Shown: positions 17,156 through 27,143, numbered from the stretch's first letter. The stretch is DNA of 64,000 bases from an uncultured Bacteroidales bacterium (GCA_903903985.1 CAIVAT010000006.1:18635-82634), one strand, 5' to 3'. Made by a program: numbers and translations. Notes: generated by a model from the letters alone, not told the origin.

Positions 17156-19534
17156 CTATTGAATAACCAGTTTTGCTGAACCGGTGAAATTCTCACTTTG
17201 GACACGTAAAATATACATCCCGGGAGGAATGCCTGAAATATCGAAAACATGCTCCATCATTGGATTTGTATCTCTTTTGATTGTGGCACCTAATAATTTT
17301 GTACCGAACATGTTAATGAGTTCTGCATATACATGGTCACTGACATTCCGGATAAACACCCTGAAAGTTCCATGTGCCGGATTTGGATAAACTGAAAAGT
17401 TGGCGTTCCTGGTGTGTTCCTCCAGTCCAACACAATTATCGAAGACAAATGCAATATGGATCGTTGCTGTATTGCTGCACCCATCTTTGTTGGTCACCAT
17501 GACGGAATAGGTTTGCACATCGTAACCGATTCCGGCTGTTGAAACTGTAAGATAGCGGCTTGTTGATCCGGTCGACCATGAGTAGGCGATCCCCTGGTTT
17601 CCTGCATCAAGGCGAATTGTGTCATAAATGCAAACAGAAGAATCGGCCGGACCGAGATAAACATAAGGCAAAGGATAAACCACCACGCTGGTATACCCGG
17701 TAAGCTGGTTGAAGCCATCGGAGACTACAACATGGTAAGTGGTTGTTTCATTTGGGGTAACCAGTGGATTAGCCTCCTGTGATGTAAAATCACCCGGAGC
17801 AGAACTCCAATGATAGGAATAGTTGCCGGAACCACCCCCGGATAAAACAAAAAGTTGCGCCGTATCACCGAGGCATATTGCATTGGGAGTTGAAACGGGG
17901 TTGATCGAGAGTGGTCCTCCCTCTACCGTTATGATCACCTGCGAAGGAAAACTTTCACAACCACTTGCAAGGTCTTTAACCCGGAGAATATAAATTAATG
18001 TCTGGCCCATGTTGCCCGTGGACGGGTCAGGTACCGATGAGTTAAATCCGGAAGGATTTGAAGTCCAGGAGTAGCTGTAGTTTCCATACCCTCCACTTGC
18101 GGTTCCATGCAACGTAGTGCTGGTACCATTGGCAATGGTAACATTGCTGCCGGCATCGGCCAATGGAACCGGATGGACCAAAGCGATGGTCGTATCGTAT
18201 ACCGAATGAGCACACACATCAGTTACTTTCACCGTATATATATTGGTCCCCACGGGCGGAGTAATGACAACAGTGCTGTCATTTCCCGGGATATTCCAGT
18301 AGTAATTCAATGGCATAATCCCTCCGCTGGTATTTGCCTTTAGTTCAACAGTACCGCCATAACACAGGGTTGTATCCGGATTTGGGACAAGAGACATAGG
18401 GGTATAATCATCAATGTAGACCGTATCCCTTTTGATTATTCCATCGCAGGATATCTGATTCAATGTGATGATGACCATCTTTTGGCCTTCAGGAATGTTG
18501 TCAGGAATAGGGTGGATGACAACATTGACACTATCCTGTCCTGGACGAAAAGTCACGAAATCGCCGATTGTTGAATAATCAATGCCATTCACGGCAGTGC
18601 CACCGATTGTATAATGAATGGTGTAAGGGTAATCAAGTAATGCCATCAGCCTGAAATTAATGGCAACATCATTGCATCCTTCAACTGCTTTGCTGCCAAG
18701 TTGAAGGATTGAATTGCTGTTGATCATATTTACACCCGGGCTGCTGAAACTGTTTTGTTCAAGAAAAACCCCGGAGTCCAACTTTTTATCAACCGCATCA
18801 CCGATGGCCAGTTTGATATGGTATGTTGAACAGGGTTGAACCACATGCCAGGCACTGAAAACATAGGTCAGTCCATCGTACTGGTAATATTGACCACCCG
18901 GGTTCGCCCACCTGGATGCAGTGTTCGCACAAATATTGTTGATGGTCACAAACGTGTTCATGGAACCGGGCATGAGAGCGATATTGACACTGTTGTTGGA
19001 ATAAGGTCCGCTGATCCCGGGTCCGCTGAGGAAAAATCCGAATGCGTCGTTAAATTCGTTACAATATTCGAAAAACTCCTCAGAACCAAAAACATAACGG
19101 AACCGGACTGTGTCAAATTGCGGAATGAAATCAAATTCTATCACAGCTTTGTCAAGCGTGTTTGACCCTGACAGGGAATTCAGGTCCGGGTCACCTGGTC
19201 CTCCAACCTGAGCACCTGCACCACTTTCATCATTTGGTCCAATGGCAATGCTTGCACTTCCCGTTGTCATAAGGATTCCGCCTGTCAGGCCTAACTGTGA
19301 GGCGGCAACACCTGCAGTGGCGAAGGATCCAACCTGGTTGGATGAAATGACACCCGATGTACCGTTAAATGTAACGTTACTGATGGTAATGCCTTCGCCA
19401 ACCAGGTAATTCTGAACCAATTGCTCGGGAGTCATGTTCATAGCGGAACCCTGTACCACCGTCAGTTGCGCATGTACAAGGCTGGTGAGCATCAGGCATG
19501 TTCCAATGATAAATATGTTAAAATATTTTGCCAT
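17156..19534 (-). CDS. Secreted choice-of-anchor-L domain protein with a Calx-beta-like domain, Ig-like repeats and a T9SS CTD
   Basis: GDPDLNSL...IEFDFIPQFDTVRFRYVFGSEEFFEYCNEFNDAFGFFLSGPG (choice-of-anchor L). YTIGGTAVNGIDYS...VIHPIPDNIPEG (Calx-beta-like). Tail VYPNPAHGTFRV...GMYILRV. Confidence 0.85.
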   Translation of the reverse strand: MAKYFNIFIIGTCLMLTSLVHAQLTVVQGSAMNMTPEQLVQNYLVGEGITISNVTFNGTSGVISSNQVGSFATAGVAASQLGLTGGILMTTGSASIAIGPNDESGAGAQVGGPGDPDLNSLSGSNTLDKAVIEFDFIPQFDTVRFRYVFGSEEFFEYCNEFNDAFGFFLSGPGISGPYSNNSVNIALMPGSMNTFVTINNICANTASRWANPGGQYYQYDGLTYVFSAWHVVQPCSTYHIKLAIGDAVDKKLDSGVFLEQNSFSSPGVNMINSNSILQLGSKAVEGCNDVAINFRLMALLDYPYTIHYTIGGTAVNGIDYSTIGDFVTFRPGQDSVNVVIHPIPDNIPEGQKMVIITLNQISCDGIIKRDTVYIDDYTPMSLVPNPDTTLCYGGTVELKANTSGGIMPLNYYWNIPGNDSTVVITPPVGTNIYTVKVTDVCAHSVYDTTIALVHPVPLADAGSNVTIANGTSTTLHGTASGGYGNYSYSWTSNPSGFNSSVPDPSTGNMGQTLIYILRVKDLASGCESFPSQVIITVEGGPLSINPVSTPNAICLGDTAQLFVLSGGGSGNYSYHWSSAPGDFTSQEANPLVTPNETTTYHVVVSDGFNQLTGYTSVVVYPLPYVYLGPADSSVCIYDTIRLDAGNQGIAYSWSTGSTSRYLTVSTAGIGYDVQTYSVMVTNKDGCSNTATIHIAFVFDNCVGLEEHTRNANFSVYPNPAHGTFRVFIRNVSDHVYAELINMFGTKLLGATIKRDTNPMMEHVFDISGIPPGMYILRVQSENFTGSAKLVIQ

Positions 19535-19538
19535 TTTG

Positions 19539-22500
19539 CTACTTCGCTATTTCGCTATATCCTTCTTTCATTACCTCGCTGCTCAATAATGCTTCATAAA
19601 GCACCTCAATGGGATGAAGCGCCTTTCTCCCGGTACCATCCATGATCTGGTGACGACAGGAAGTTCCGGGTGCGGCGATGATTACATCCCTTGCGGCCTT
19701 TCTGATTTCAGGGAATAACACGAGTTCTCCGACCTGCATCGACACATCATAATGTTCTTTCTCATAGCCAAATGACCCGGCCATTCCGCAACAACCCGAC
19801 TTAATTTCCTCCACCCTGTAGTTCACAGGAATTGACAGCATCCTTTTCATCGGCTCCACCGATGCCAGGGCTTTCTGATGGCAATGCCCGTGTAGTTTGA
19901 TGATCCTTTCCCGATCCGTAAAAAGTCCGGATAAGGGGTGAATATGCTCCTGCTCCTTTATGGGGGAGGACCGAGTTGGGTGTTGCAAAATAAACTCATC
20001 AAACATAAGTGCGTTCTTTGCAAGTTTTAAAGCGGCTTCTTTCAAAGGGGCATCGACCAGGTCGGGATATTCATCACGAAAAGTAAGAATCGCGGATGGT
20101 TCAATCCCAATTAACGGGGTCTCCGGTGTGATCAGGTCTTTTAACTTCTGAACATTATCATTGGCCAGCTTTTTAGCTTTTCTGATGAGTCCTTTCGAAA
20201 GAAAAGTACGGCCACTTTCACAATGATCCGGAATGAGGACGCGGTAACCGAAAGCATTGAGCAATATGATCGCCTTTATGCCAACCTCCACATCGTTGAA
20301 ATTTGAGAATTCATCAGCAAACAAATAAACGATCGGTCCTGAAGTTCCTGCGCCGGCAGCTTGTGGTGAAATTCTGCCATCGTAAAGATTTTTTACGGCC
20401 CATACACGGAGTGTAGTATTGTATAGCAATGGAACATGCCTTTCCGGTGCAAACCGAAGGAGTTTTTTTGTGATCCCTGAAAGGAATTTATTTGTCTGGA
20501 AGATATTGAAGAGGGCAGGAGATATGGTTCCCAATTTGTTGATCAGGCTGATGTTAGCGATAAGCCATGACCTGAGCGGAATTCCATTGGAGTCATACCA
20601 GTGCTGAAGGAATTCTGCTTTTAATTTGGCGATATCCACGTTCGAAGGGCATTCTGATTTGCAGGCCTTGCAGGAGAGGCAAAGATCCATCACTTCATAA
20701 ATCTCCTTATGATCAAAGGGATTCGTTTTGGATGAATTGGTGAGGAACTCCCTGAGAATGTTCGCTCTTGCACGGGTAGAAGTATTTTCATCTTTTACAG
20801 CCATATACGACGGACACATATATCGGCCGGTGATCACGGTGTTACGGCAGTCGCCTGAGCCGTTGCACTGTTCTGCCGCACGCAGGATCCCATGGCTTCC
20901 CGAAAAATCAAATGTTGTCGGGATGTCACGCGATGGTTTTCCAGGCACAAACCGCAGGCTGGTATTCATTTTAGGAGTATCAACAATTTTATTGGGATTA
21001 AAAATGTTTCCCGGATCCCAAACCTCCTTTATACTCTTGAACAGGTCGTAATTCTTCTGTCCGAGCATGAATGGGATAAATTCACCTCGCAGCCTGCCAT
21101 CGCCGTGTTCTCCTGAGAGCGATCCATTGAATTTTTTCACCAGTTTTGCTGTCTCCTGGGCTACGGTATGAAAGAGTTCAACATCTGCAGGATCTTTGAG
21201 ATTCAGTACAGGCCGGAGATGCAGCTCCCCTGAACCGACATGGGCGTAATAAACGCAGTCAAGTCCCAACCGGGCAAGCATAGTATTGAATTCTCCGATA
21301 TACTCAGGAAGTACTTCCGGGTTTACAGCGGTGTCTTCTGTTACCGGAACAGGCTTACGGTCGCCGGGATAGTTGGAAAGCACTCCCAGTCCTGCCTTAC
21401 GCAGATCCCAAACTTTTTTAACATCCGGCGGAAAGATGATCGGGAAGTGATATCCAAGGCCGGCAGCGCGCATCTCTGCTTCAAGCCGGTGAAAAATGTC
21501 CATGATCTCCTCCCTTGAATCGCGGGCAAACTCAACAATCAGGATTGCCCCGGGATCGCCATCAATGAAAAAACGGTTCTGCCGCTGCGTAATGTTATCT
21601 TTGGTGCAGTCCATGATGGCTTTATCCATCAATTCCACCGACCCCGGTTGATATTTTAATGCTACAAGATTGGCTTTCAATGATTCAGCAATAGTGTGGC
21701 AATGAATACACACCAGGGCTTTCTCCACCGGAGGCAATGGAACAAGGTTCAGTTTTATTTCGGTGATAAACATGAGCGTACCTTCACTGCCGGCAATAAG
21801 TTTGCTGAAGTTGAACCGAGACGGGTGACGGGTGACGGGTGACGGGAATCCTGATATATGTGATTCGTGAAGGGTGGTGGCTGATTCATAATTTGGTTCC
21901 AGGTGATTTTCACTTGTCACCCGGATCGCATCACCTTCAAATGGTTCTGTTTCCAGCAGCAGGTCAAGCGCATAACCGGTATTTCTCCTGTGAATAGAAG
22001 GATCAGGGTATTCTTTGCGGATGTTTTCCTGTGTCGCGGGGTCTGAAAGAATTTCATGTATTTGCCGGTAGATTTTATTTTCAAGAGCATTCCCCTGGCA
22101 TTTGTTCCTGAACTCATCTGTGGAAAGTTCCTTAAATTCCACGTCGGAGCCATCACTCAGGAACCCTTTTACAGAAATCACGTGATCACGGGTACTGCCA
22201 TAAAGGATTGAGTGGGCTCCGCAGGAATTGTTTCCAACCATGCCCCCCATCATGCAACGGCTTGAGGTACTTGTTTCGGGGCCAAAGAAAAGGCTGTATT
22301 TTTCAACTGCTTTGTTGAGTTCATCCAGGATCACCCCGGGTTGTACACGGACCCATTTTTCGGCGGGATTGATTTCCAGGATGTTGGTCATATAACGCGA
22401 TATGTCCACTACCAGTCCCTGCCCGACCACCTGACCGGCAAGGGAGGTGCCTGCTGCACGTGGAATCAGGGGGATTTTTATTTCATTTGAGAACCGGATC

Positions 22501-22676
22501 AGTTTCTGAATGTCCGATGAATTCCTGGGACGGGCCACCCCTGCCGGGACTTCGCGATAGGCAGATGCATCGGTGGCATAAAGCAGCAGTTGAATTTCAT
22601 CAGTATAAATCTCCCCCTCGAGGTCAGGCAGTAATTTTGCTATTTTTTCAATAAACTCTTTATGCTGCATCATCAT
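19539..22676 (-). CDS. YdiJ-like fusion: FAD-linked (PCMH-type) oxidase + 4Fe-4S + cysteine-rich GlcF/GlpC-like domain; probable D-2-hydroxyacid dehydrogenase
   Basis: 1045 aa. FAD-binding N-terminal half (IPRAAGTSLAGQVVG, GSEGTLMFITE). CLSCKACKSECP Fe-S motif. C-terminal CCG-type motifs (HGHCHQKA, SGCCGMAG). Confidence 0.85.
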   Translation of the reverse strand: MMMQHKEFIEKIAKLLPDLEGEIYTDEIQLLLYATDASAYREVPAGVARPRNSSDIQKLIRFSNEIKIPLIPRAAGTSLAGQVVGQGLVVDISRYMTNILEINPAEKWVRVQPGVILDELNKAVEKYSLFFGPETSTSSRCMMGGMVGNNSCGAHSILYGSTRDHVISVKGFLSDGSDVEFKELSTDEFRNKCQGNALENKIYRQIHEILSDPATQENIRKEYPDPSIHRRNTGYALDLLLETEPFEGDAIRVTSENHLEPNYESATTLHESHISGFPSPVTRHPSRFNFSKLIAGSEGTLMFITEIKLNLVPLPPVEKALVCIHCHTIAESLKANLVALKYQPGSVELMDKAIMDCTKDNITQRQNRFFIDGDPGAILIVEFARDSREEIMDIFHRLEAEMRAAGLGYHFPIIFPPDVKKVWDLRKAGLGVLSNYPGDRKPVPVTEDTAVNPEVLPEYIGEFNTMLARLGLDCVYYAHVGSGELHLRPVLNLKDPADVELFHTVAQETAKLVKKFNGSLSGEHGDGRLRGEFIPFMLGQKNYDLFKSIKEVWDPGNIFNPNKIVDTPKMNTSLRFVPGKPSRDIPTTFDFSGSHGILRAAEQCNGSGDCRNTVITGRYMCPSYMAVKDENTSTRARANILREFLTNSSKTNPFDHKEIYEVMDLCLSCKACKSECPSNVDIAKLKAEFLQHWYDSNGIPLRSWLIANISLINKLGTISPALFNIFQTNKFLSGITKKLLRFAPERHVPLLYNTTLRVWAVKNLYDGRISPQAAGAGTSGPIVYLFADEFSNFNDVEVGIKAIILLNAFGYRVLIPDHCESGRTFLSKGLIRKAKKLANDNVQKLKDLITPETPLIGIEPSAILTFRDEYPDLVDAPLKEAALKLAKNALMFDEFILQHPTRSSPIKEQEHIHPLSGLFTDRERIIKLHGHCHQKALASVEPMKRMLSIPVNYRVEEIKSGCCGMAGSFGYEKEHYDVSMQVGELVLFPEIRKAARDVIIAAPGTSCRHQIMDGTGRKALHPIEVLYEALLSSEVMKEGYSEIAK
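21818..21924. repeat. Family C 'GGGTGAC' word element lying in frame inside the YdiJ-like CDS
   Basis: gagacGGGTGACGGGTGACGGGTGACGGgaatcc ... cacttGTCACCCGgatc has inverted ends. It encodes about 36-39 aa (GDAIRVTSENHLEPNYESATTLHESHISGFPSPVTRHPS) just before the conserved FN..KL.AGSEGTL block. Confidence 0.6.
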
Positions 22677-22679
22677 ACG

Positions 22680-24095
22680 TCATTTGATTGATTTCAGCAG
22701 GTCGATCCATGCTGGAGAACTTTGCATTGCCAGGAACTCAGGCTGGACGGATAACCGCTGTTTATCAGAAAAACCTTTGGATGCAGCAATTTTAAGCTGG
22801 TCAATTGCATGGTCGTATTCAGTACGGCGTGCGAAAAGGATGGCTCGCATATAATTAGGCTCTGCGTTGGGGGCGTCTGCCATCTCGTAAATTGCAATGA
22901 TCTTTATGGCTGCATCTTCATTTTGCTTAGCAAGTGCGGCGTTGGCATTCATGTAGCAATAGAGGCTGAGGAAGGCAAGCAACCTTCTGTCCTTCAAGGT
23001 GTCTTCAGGGTTGATATTTTCGTGCCGCGTGACATGTGCCGCGTGACTTCGAATCCATTCTTTCCACCATGACAGGTCCTTTGACTGCAACGCCTGCATG
23101 AGTTGCTGCTTTTCTTCTCCCTCTTTTTTCAGGACATTATTGCGATAGGCGACCTGTGATTGGTATGCCGGTTTCATCTCCAGGGATATCAGTTCTGATT
23201 TCCATTTTTCGGCAGAGCCCAGGCCGGTTATAAAAACAACCGCTTCCCTGCATGCATCGGCCGCAGCGATCAATTGGTTTTTCGCCGTTAACATCTCAAT
23301 CCGTGAGTTGAAGGTGTTCATTAAATTTGATATGAACGCATCATCCTTTTTAATCATGCCGTCGCGCATGGCATTCAGGGTGATCCATGAAAATGCTTCG
23401 TCCATTTCTTCAACCGGTGGCCATTCATGTTTGCCGGGGAAGGCAGTGATGACATGACGCACACCGGCATGTGATAAAGGTTCGTCCAGTTCAAGCAATT
23501 CGCTCATGTTGAAATCAGCTGTTCCGGCTATGCCGAAATAATCAAATTTATAACGGATCGGCTGGTCTCCGCCGCCAAACCCTGCACCACACCCGATCAC
23601 CCCTTTCACAGGGACCTGGTACATCGCAGCCATGGTGGCGACCCTTGCCCCGCCTGAAAATCCAAGAAAATAGATCCGGTTCGTATCGACCGGATATACG
23701 GTGAAAACCTCCTTTATCAGGGCAGCGACGATTTCCCTTACTTCTTCCTGTGGGAGCCCGTTCTTTGCATCCATTGAGCCCATCATGATAAAGCCGAATT
23801 TGTCGGCGAGTTCTTTGTACAAGGACAAGGGCAATTTTCCATCTCCATGCGGATCAAATGCTATGATCACGGGATAAAACTGTTTCCCATTCTTCCCGCT
23901 CCCTTGTGGGGTCTGTAAAGGGGGAACATACAAGGCATAAGACCTGCCGGGATTATCGGTACAGGCAATTGTATGCAATACACCTGCCTGCGGCAATGAC
24001 TTGTTTGTGCAAACCCGGTCGTGACCTTTATAGGTGCAGGAAATAGAAAAGGCTGCAAGGACGCAACCTGCAACGAGAATTGAAATGGCCCTCAC
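22680..24095 (-). CDS. Lipoprotein alpha/beta-hydrolase (esterase/depolymerase-like) with a helical TPR-like C-terminal half
   Basis: Signal with Cys (FSISC). Nucleophile elbow GFSGGA. Helical repeat-like C-terminus. Confidence 0.7.
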   Translation of the reverse strand: MRAISILVAGCVLAAFSISCTYKGHDRVCTNKSLPQAGVLHTIACTDNPGRSYALYVPPLQTPQGSGKNGKQFYPVIIAFDPHGDGKLPLSLYKELADKFGFIMMGSMDAKNGLPQEEVREIVAALIKEVFTVYPVDTNRIYFLGFSGGARVATMAAMYQVPVKGVIGCGAGFGGGDQPIRYKFDYFGIAGTADFNMSELLELDEPLSHAGVRHVITAFPGKHEWPPVEEMDEAFSWITLNAMRDGMIKKDDAFISNLMNTFNSRIEMLTAKNQLIAAADACREAVVFITGLGSAEKWKSELISLEMKPAYQSQVAYRNNVLKKEGEEKQQLMQALQSKDLSWWKEWIRSHAAHVTRHENINPEDTLKDRRLLAFLSLYCYMNANAALAKQNEDAAIKIIAIYEMADAPNAEPNYMRAILFARRTEYDHAIDQLKIAASKGFSDKQRLSVQPEFLAMQSSPAWIDLLKSIK

Positions 24096-24901
24096 TTCTT
24101 GTAAAAGTTCGTAGATTCAAAGATCTTGTCGGCCGACTTTGCAATAAACCCACTGTAAATCTTTCCATTGCTGTCGGGATATCGTTTGGCGAATTCGTAA
24201 TAGCAACCTGGTATTTCAAACAGCCCTTCCCTGAAATTGAACTGAACCATTCCGGCACGAATGCTTGACTGTTCAAGCAACTCTTCAGGAGTTCCCTGGA
24301 TTTCGCCACCTGCATCATTCATCTGAAATCCATGCGATTTCAGGAATGCATTTACTTTCTGTAAAGAGTCAAATTTTTTAAGCCGGTTCACACTCACCGT
24401 GAAATGGTTGGCACAAAAACCGTTCACATAAAGCCAGGCCGCGTATTCTGATTCCGACCGCAGTTTCTCATAGATCTCAAAGGATGGGATTCCCGACAGG
24501 TTGCCTGCATAAATCAAATCATCAGAATTGTGAACAGTGGCAGGGATTTTGACGATCCAATCCCAGATGGTTTGCTGCAAAAACGGGCTGAACTCTTCGG
24601 TAAGCAGTTCGCTGATGAACACCCTCGGTGCTTCCCTGTCGGTTTTATGCTCAAAATGTTTCGCATACAATTTTTTTGCATCGAAATGGTAGTCGCCCTT
24701 GAATTCATAGCCGTTTTTCAGGAAAATCCCTGCCAGTTTATTCACACCGATGGAAGGATGTCTGAATGTACGGAATGCGATGTGGTCGTTGATTACGGTT
24801 TCACCCTCGTCAACGAAAAGATCAAAAATCTTCTTGGTTGATGGATTCTGCTGGATGTAACCAGACCAGAGACGGTCGAAGATATCGGAGTAGAGCATCA
24901 T
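24092..24901 (-). CDS. DUF1338 family protein (HglS-like 2-oxoadipate dioxygenase/decarboxylase)
   Basis: The length and the motifs NDHIAFRTF, ISELL, ANHFTVSV and YYEFAKRY are characteristic of DUF1338. Its stop overlaps the next gene by 4 nt. Confidence 0.7.
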   Translation of the reverse strand: MMLYSDIFDRLWSGYIQQNPSTKKIFDLFVDEGETVINDHIAFRTFRHPSIGVNKLAGIFLKNGYEFKGDYHFDAKKLYAKHFEHKTDREAPRVFISELLTEEFSPFLQQTIWDWIVKIPATVHNSDDLIYAGNLSGIPSFEIYEKLRSESEYAAWLYVNGFCANHFTVSVNRLKKFDSLQKVNAFLKSHGFQMNDAGGEIQGTPEELLEQSSIRAGMVQFNFREGLFEIPGCYYEFAKRYPDSNGKIYSGFIAKSADKIFESTNFYKK

Positions 24902-25027
24902 GATTCAGGATTTACGATTTACGATTGAAGTGCTGATTTCAGGTTTCGGTACAAGAATTTTCTTTTCGATTTACCGGGGCATTTGGTTCTTCAAAAATCG
25001 AAAATCCAAAATCGTATATCCGAAAAC
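24902..25027. repeat. Family A MITE-like spacer element with TTACGAT-word inverted ends
   Basis: The left end is ggatttacgatttacgattgaag. The reverse complement of the right end is ggatatacgattttggattttcgatttttgaag. It is the same family as 59454-59582. Confidence 0.65.
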
Positions 25028-25459
25028 CTACAGATATTCCGGGAACCTTTTTAGAATGATCTCATTGAGCATTTCAAGCGTCAATGGTTTATAATGAAAA
25101 CAGCCATTTTCCAACATTTTTTCAGCTCGTATTTTATCGGTAGGATTTAAGGAGGTGGTGAGCATAATGAAAACGATTTTACCTTTTTGTGCCTCTTCCA
25201 GTTTGCGATATTCTTCCAGGAATTCCCACCCATCCATCACAGGCATGTTGATATCCAGGAAAATCAATTCCGGTTGGGCATATCCATTTTCATCATGAGC
25301 TGATTTCGATCTATTGGTCAGGAAATCAAGTGCTTCCTTGCCATTCAAGGCGATTTCAATGCGGTTGGCAATATCAGCTTTTGCAATAACCCTTTTATGG
25401 AGAAAATTGTCAGATTCATTATCATCCACGAGCAACACACAGTTCAGTTTTTTCTTCAT
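25028..25459 (-). CDS. Stand-alone CheY-like response-regulator receiver
   Basis: LLVDDNESDN...FLDINMPVMDGWEF...MLTTS...KP. There is no output domain. Confidence 0.9.
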   Translation of the reverse strand: MKKKLNCVLLVDDNESDNFLHKRVIAKADIANRIEIALNGKEALDFLTNRSKSAHDENGYAQPELIFLDINMPVMDGWEFLEEYRKLEEAQKGKIVFIMLTTSLNPTDKIRAEKMLENGCFHYKPLTLEMLNEIILKRFPEYL

Positions 25460-25691
25460 CTGTTTATCGTTTGGAGATTTTAAAACTAAATTCGTTTGTT
25501 TGCAATATTTACCAATGCCATCGATGGAACTTTCAACCGTTCTTGTAAATGGTCAAATTTGGTTCCGGTGTTAGGGCGTAAAGGTAACATAAAATTCAAA
25601 GAAATGGGGTACCATTCAAATGATTTCTTTCACTTCGCTTTCCACTTTTCAGAGCCTGCCGGCCGGATAGCCGTTACAGCCATTCAAAACC

Positions 25692-27143
25692 TTATCCCAT
25701 GGCTGGTATCGTAAACATGAAGGTCGCTCCAACCTCCTTTCCAGGTTCCACCCAAATTTTACCCCCATGCAGCTCTACAATTTTTTTACAGTGGGCTAGG
25801 CCGATACCTGTTCCGGCATATTCATTCCGGTTGTGCATTCGTTTGAAAATATCGAAAATTTTCACTGCATCTTTTTCATTAATTCCGATTCCATTGTCTT
25901 CAACCGAAAACAGCCATTCCAACCCAAAAATTTCGGCGGAGACTTTAATGACGACAGGAACATTTTTTTTCCGGAATTTTATTGCGTTATTTATCAGATT
26001 CTGGAACAGCAATCGCAACTCTGTCGGATACCCATTGACCATGGGAAGATTCGTAACAGATATATCCGCGCCACTTTCCTTAATCGAATCGGCCAGGTCA
26101 TCAAGTACCTCTTCCACGATTATATTGCAGTCAACGAGGGTCACCATCCGCTCTTTACCCAGCAGGGCATAGGTAAGCAGCCCATTTACCAGTTCATTCA
26201 TCCGCCCTGCCGAATTATAAATAAACTCAATGTATTTATTGCCGTTTGCATCCAGGTTCCCGGCATACTCCTCCTGGATGAGCTGTGTGAAATTGGTAAG
26301 TGTGCGCAATGGTTCCTGGAGGTCATGTGAAGCGATATATGTGAACTGTTCTATTTCCCTGGTGTGAATAGCCAATTCCCTGTTGATGGTTTCCAACTCG
26401 CTGGTGCGTTCGGCAATCCGGGTTTCAAGTGTTTCATTCAATCGGGAGATTTTTTCCTCCGCCGCAAGGTGCTCTGCGACAGCCTGACGCAATGAGTCGT
26501 TTTTTACACTGATGAAGATAACTAAAAGGATGGCCAGAAACAGGAGGAATGTCAATACACTGGATTCAATTATTTCGTACAATAACATTTCATCCCATGA
26601 TTGAGCACTAAAATCAAGTCCCAAAACGCCGATTGTTTTGCCGGAGTATCCATCTTTTAATGGGATCAGCACACTCCGCCATGTCCCCCATCGGTCGGTG
26701 GTTGGCCCCGAAAACAACTCTTTGCCGGTCCTGAATGGCAGGAAATCCTCATGTTTGGCCTCTGTATACTCTTGTCCCGGAGGTGAATAGTCTTTGGAAT
26801 CTTCCGGTTCAGAATCTGCCATGAAAAATATCTTCCCATTTTGTTCGGCATAGATATAGGCAAATCTTGCTTCTGGATTAACACGGATTATTTCTTTGAG
26901 GATCTTTTTTACGACTTGATATTGTGGTTTACCGGTATCGCCGGGTTTTACCTCCAACACCTTCAGATTCTCTAATGGAAAAGTCGCCGCAATCGACCTG
27001 GCTACCTGCAGAATATCATCCTTTTCATCCTTTTCAAACCGGGTATAAGTGAATCGGATGTAAAAGAAAGAAAGAACGGAAATTGCTAATAGCAGAATTA
27101 TTTCCGGTATTGGTTTTCTTATGAATTTGAGCAACTTCATCAA
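25692..27143 (-). CDS. Sensor histidine kinase with a periplasmic Cache/PDC-like domain
   Basis: Two TM helices flank a ~170-aa extracytoplasmic domain. Coiled coil, H-box FTYIASHDLQEPLR, and GTGIGLAHCKKIVELHGGKIWVE. Confidence 0.9.
   Translation of the reverse strand: MMKLLKFIRKPIPEIILLLAISVLSFFYIRFTYTRFEKDEKDDILQVARSIAATFPLENLKVLEVKPGDTGKPQYQVVKKILKEIIRVNPEARFAYIYAEQNGKIFFMADSEPEDSKDYSPPGQEYTEAKHEDFLPFRTGKELFSGPTTDRWGTWRSVLIPLKDGYSGKTIGVLGLDFSAQSWDEMLLYEIIESSVLTFLLFLAILLVIFISVKNDSLRQAVAEHLAAEEKISRLNETLETRIAERTSELETINRELAIHTREIEQFTYIASHDLQEPLRTLTNFTQLIQEEYAGNLDANGNKYIEFIYNSAGRMNELVNGLLTYALLGKERMVTLVDCNIIVEEVLDDLADSIKESGADISVTNLPMVNGYPTELRLLFQNLINNAIKFRKKNVPVVIKVSAEIFGLEWLFSVEDNGIGINEKDAVKIFDIFKRMHNRNEYAGTGIGLAHCKKIVELHGGKIWVEPGKEVGATFMFTIPAMG

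Noticed and set aside
25699-26330. Long antisense ORFs inside confidently assigned genes. Others are 28467-29168, 38681-39229, 39657-40256, 50220-50870, 51140-51871, 52979-53503 and 58674-59234.
   Set aside because: Each lies entirely opposite a CDS with clear family motifs. Their translations are Ser/Ile/Phe-rich or otherwise featureless, as is typical of shadow ORFs.
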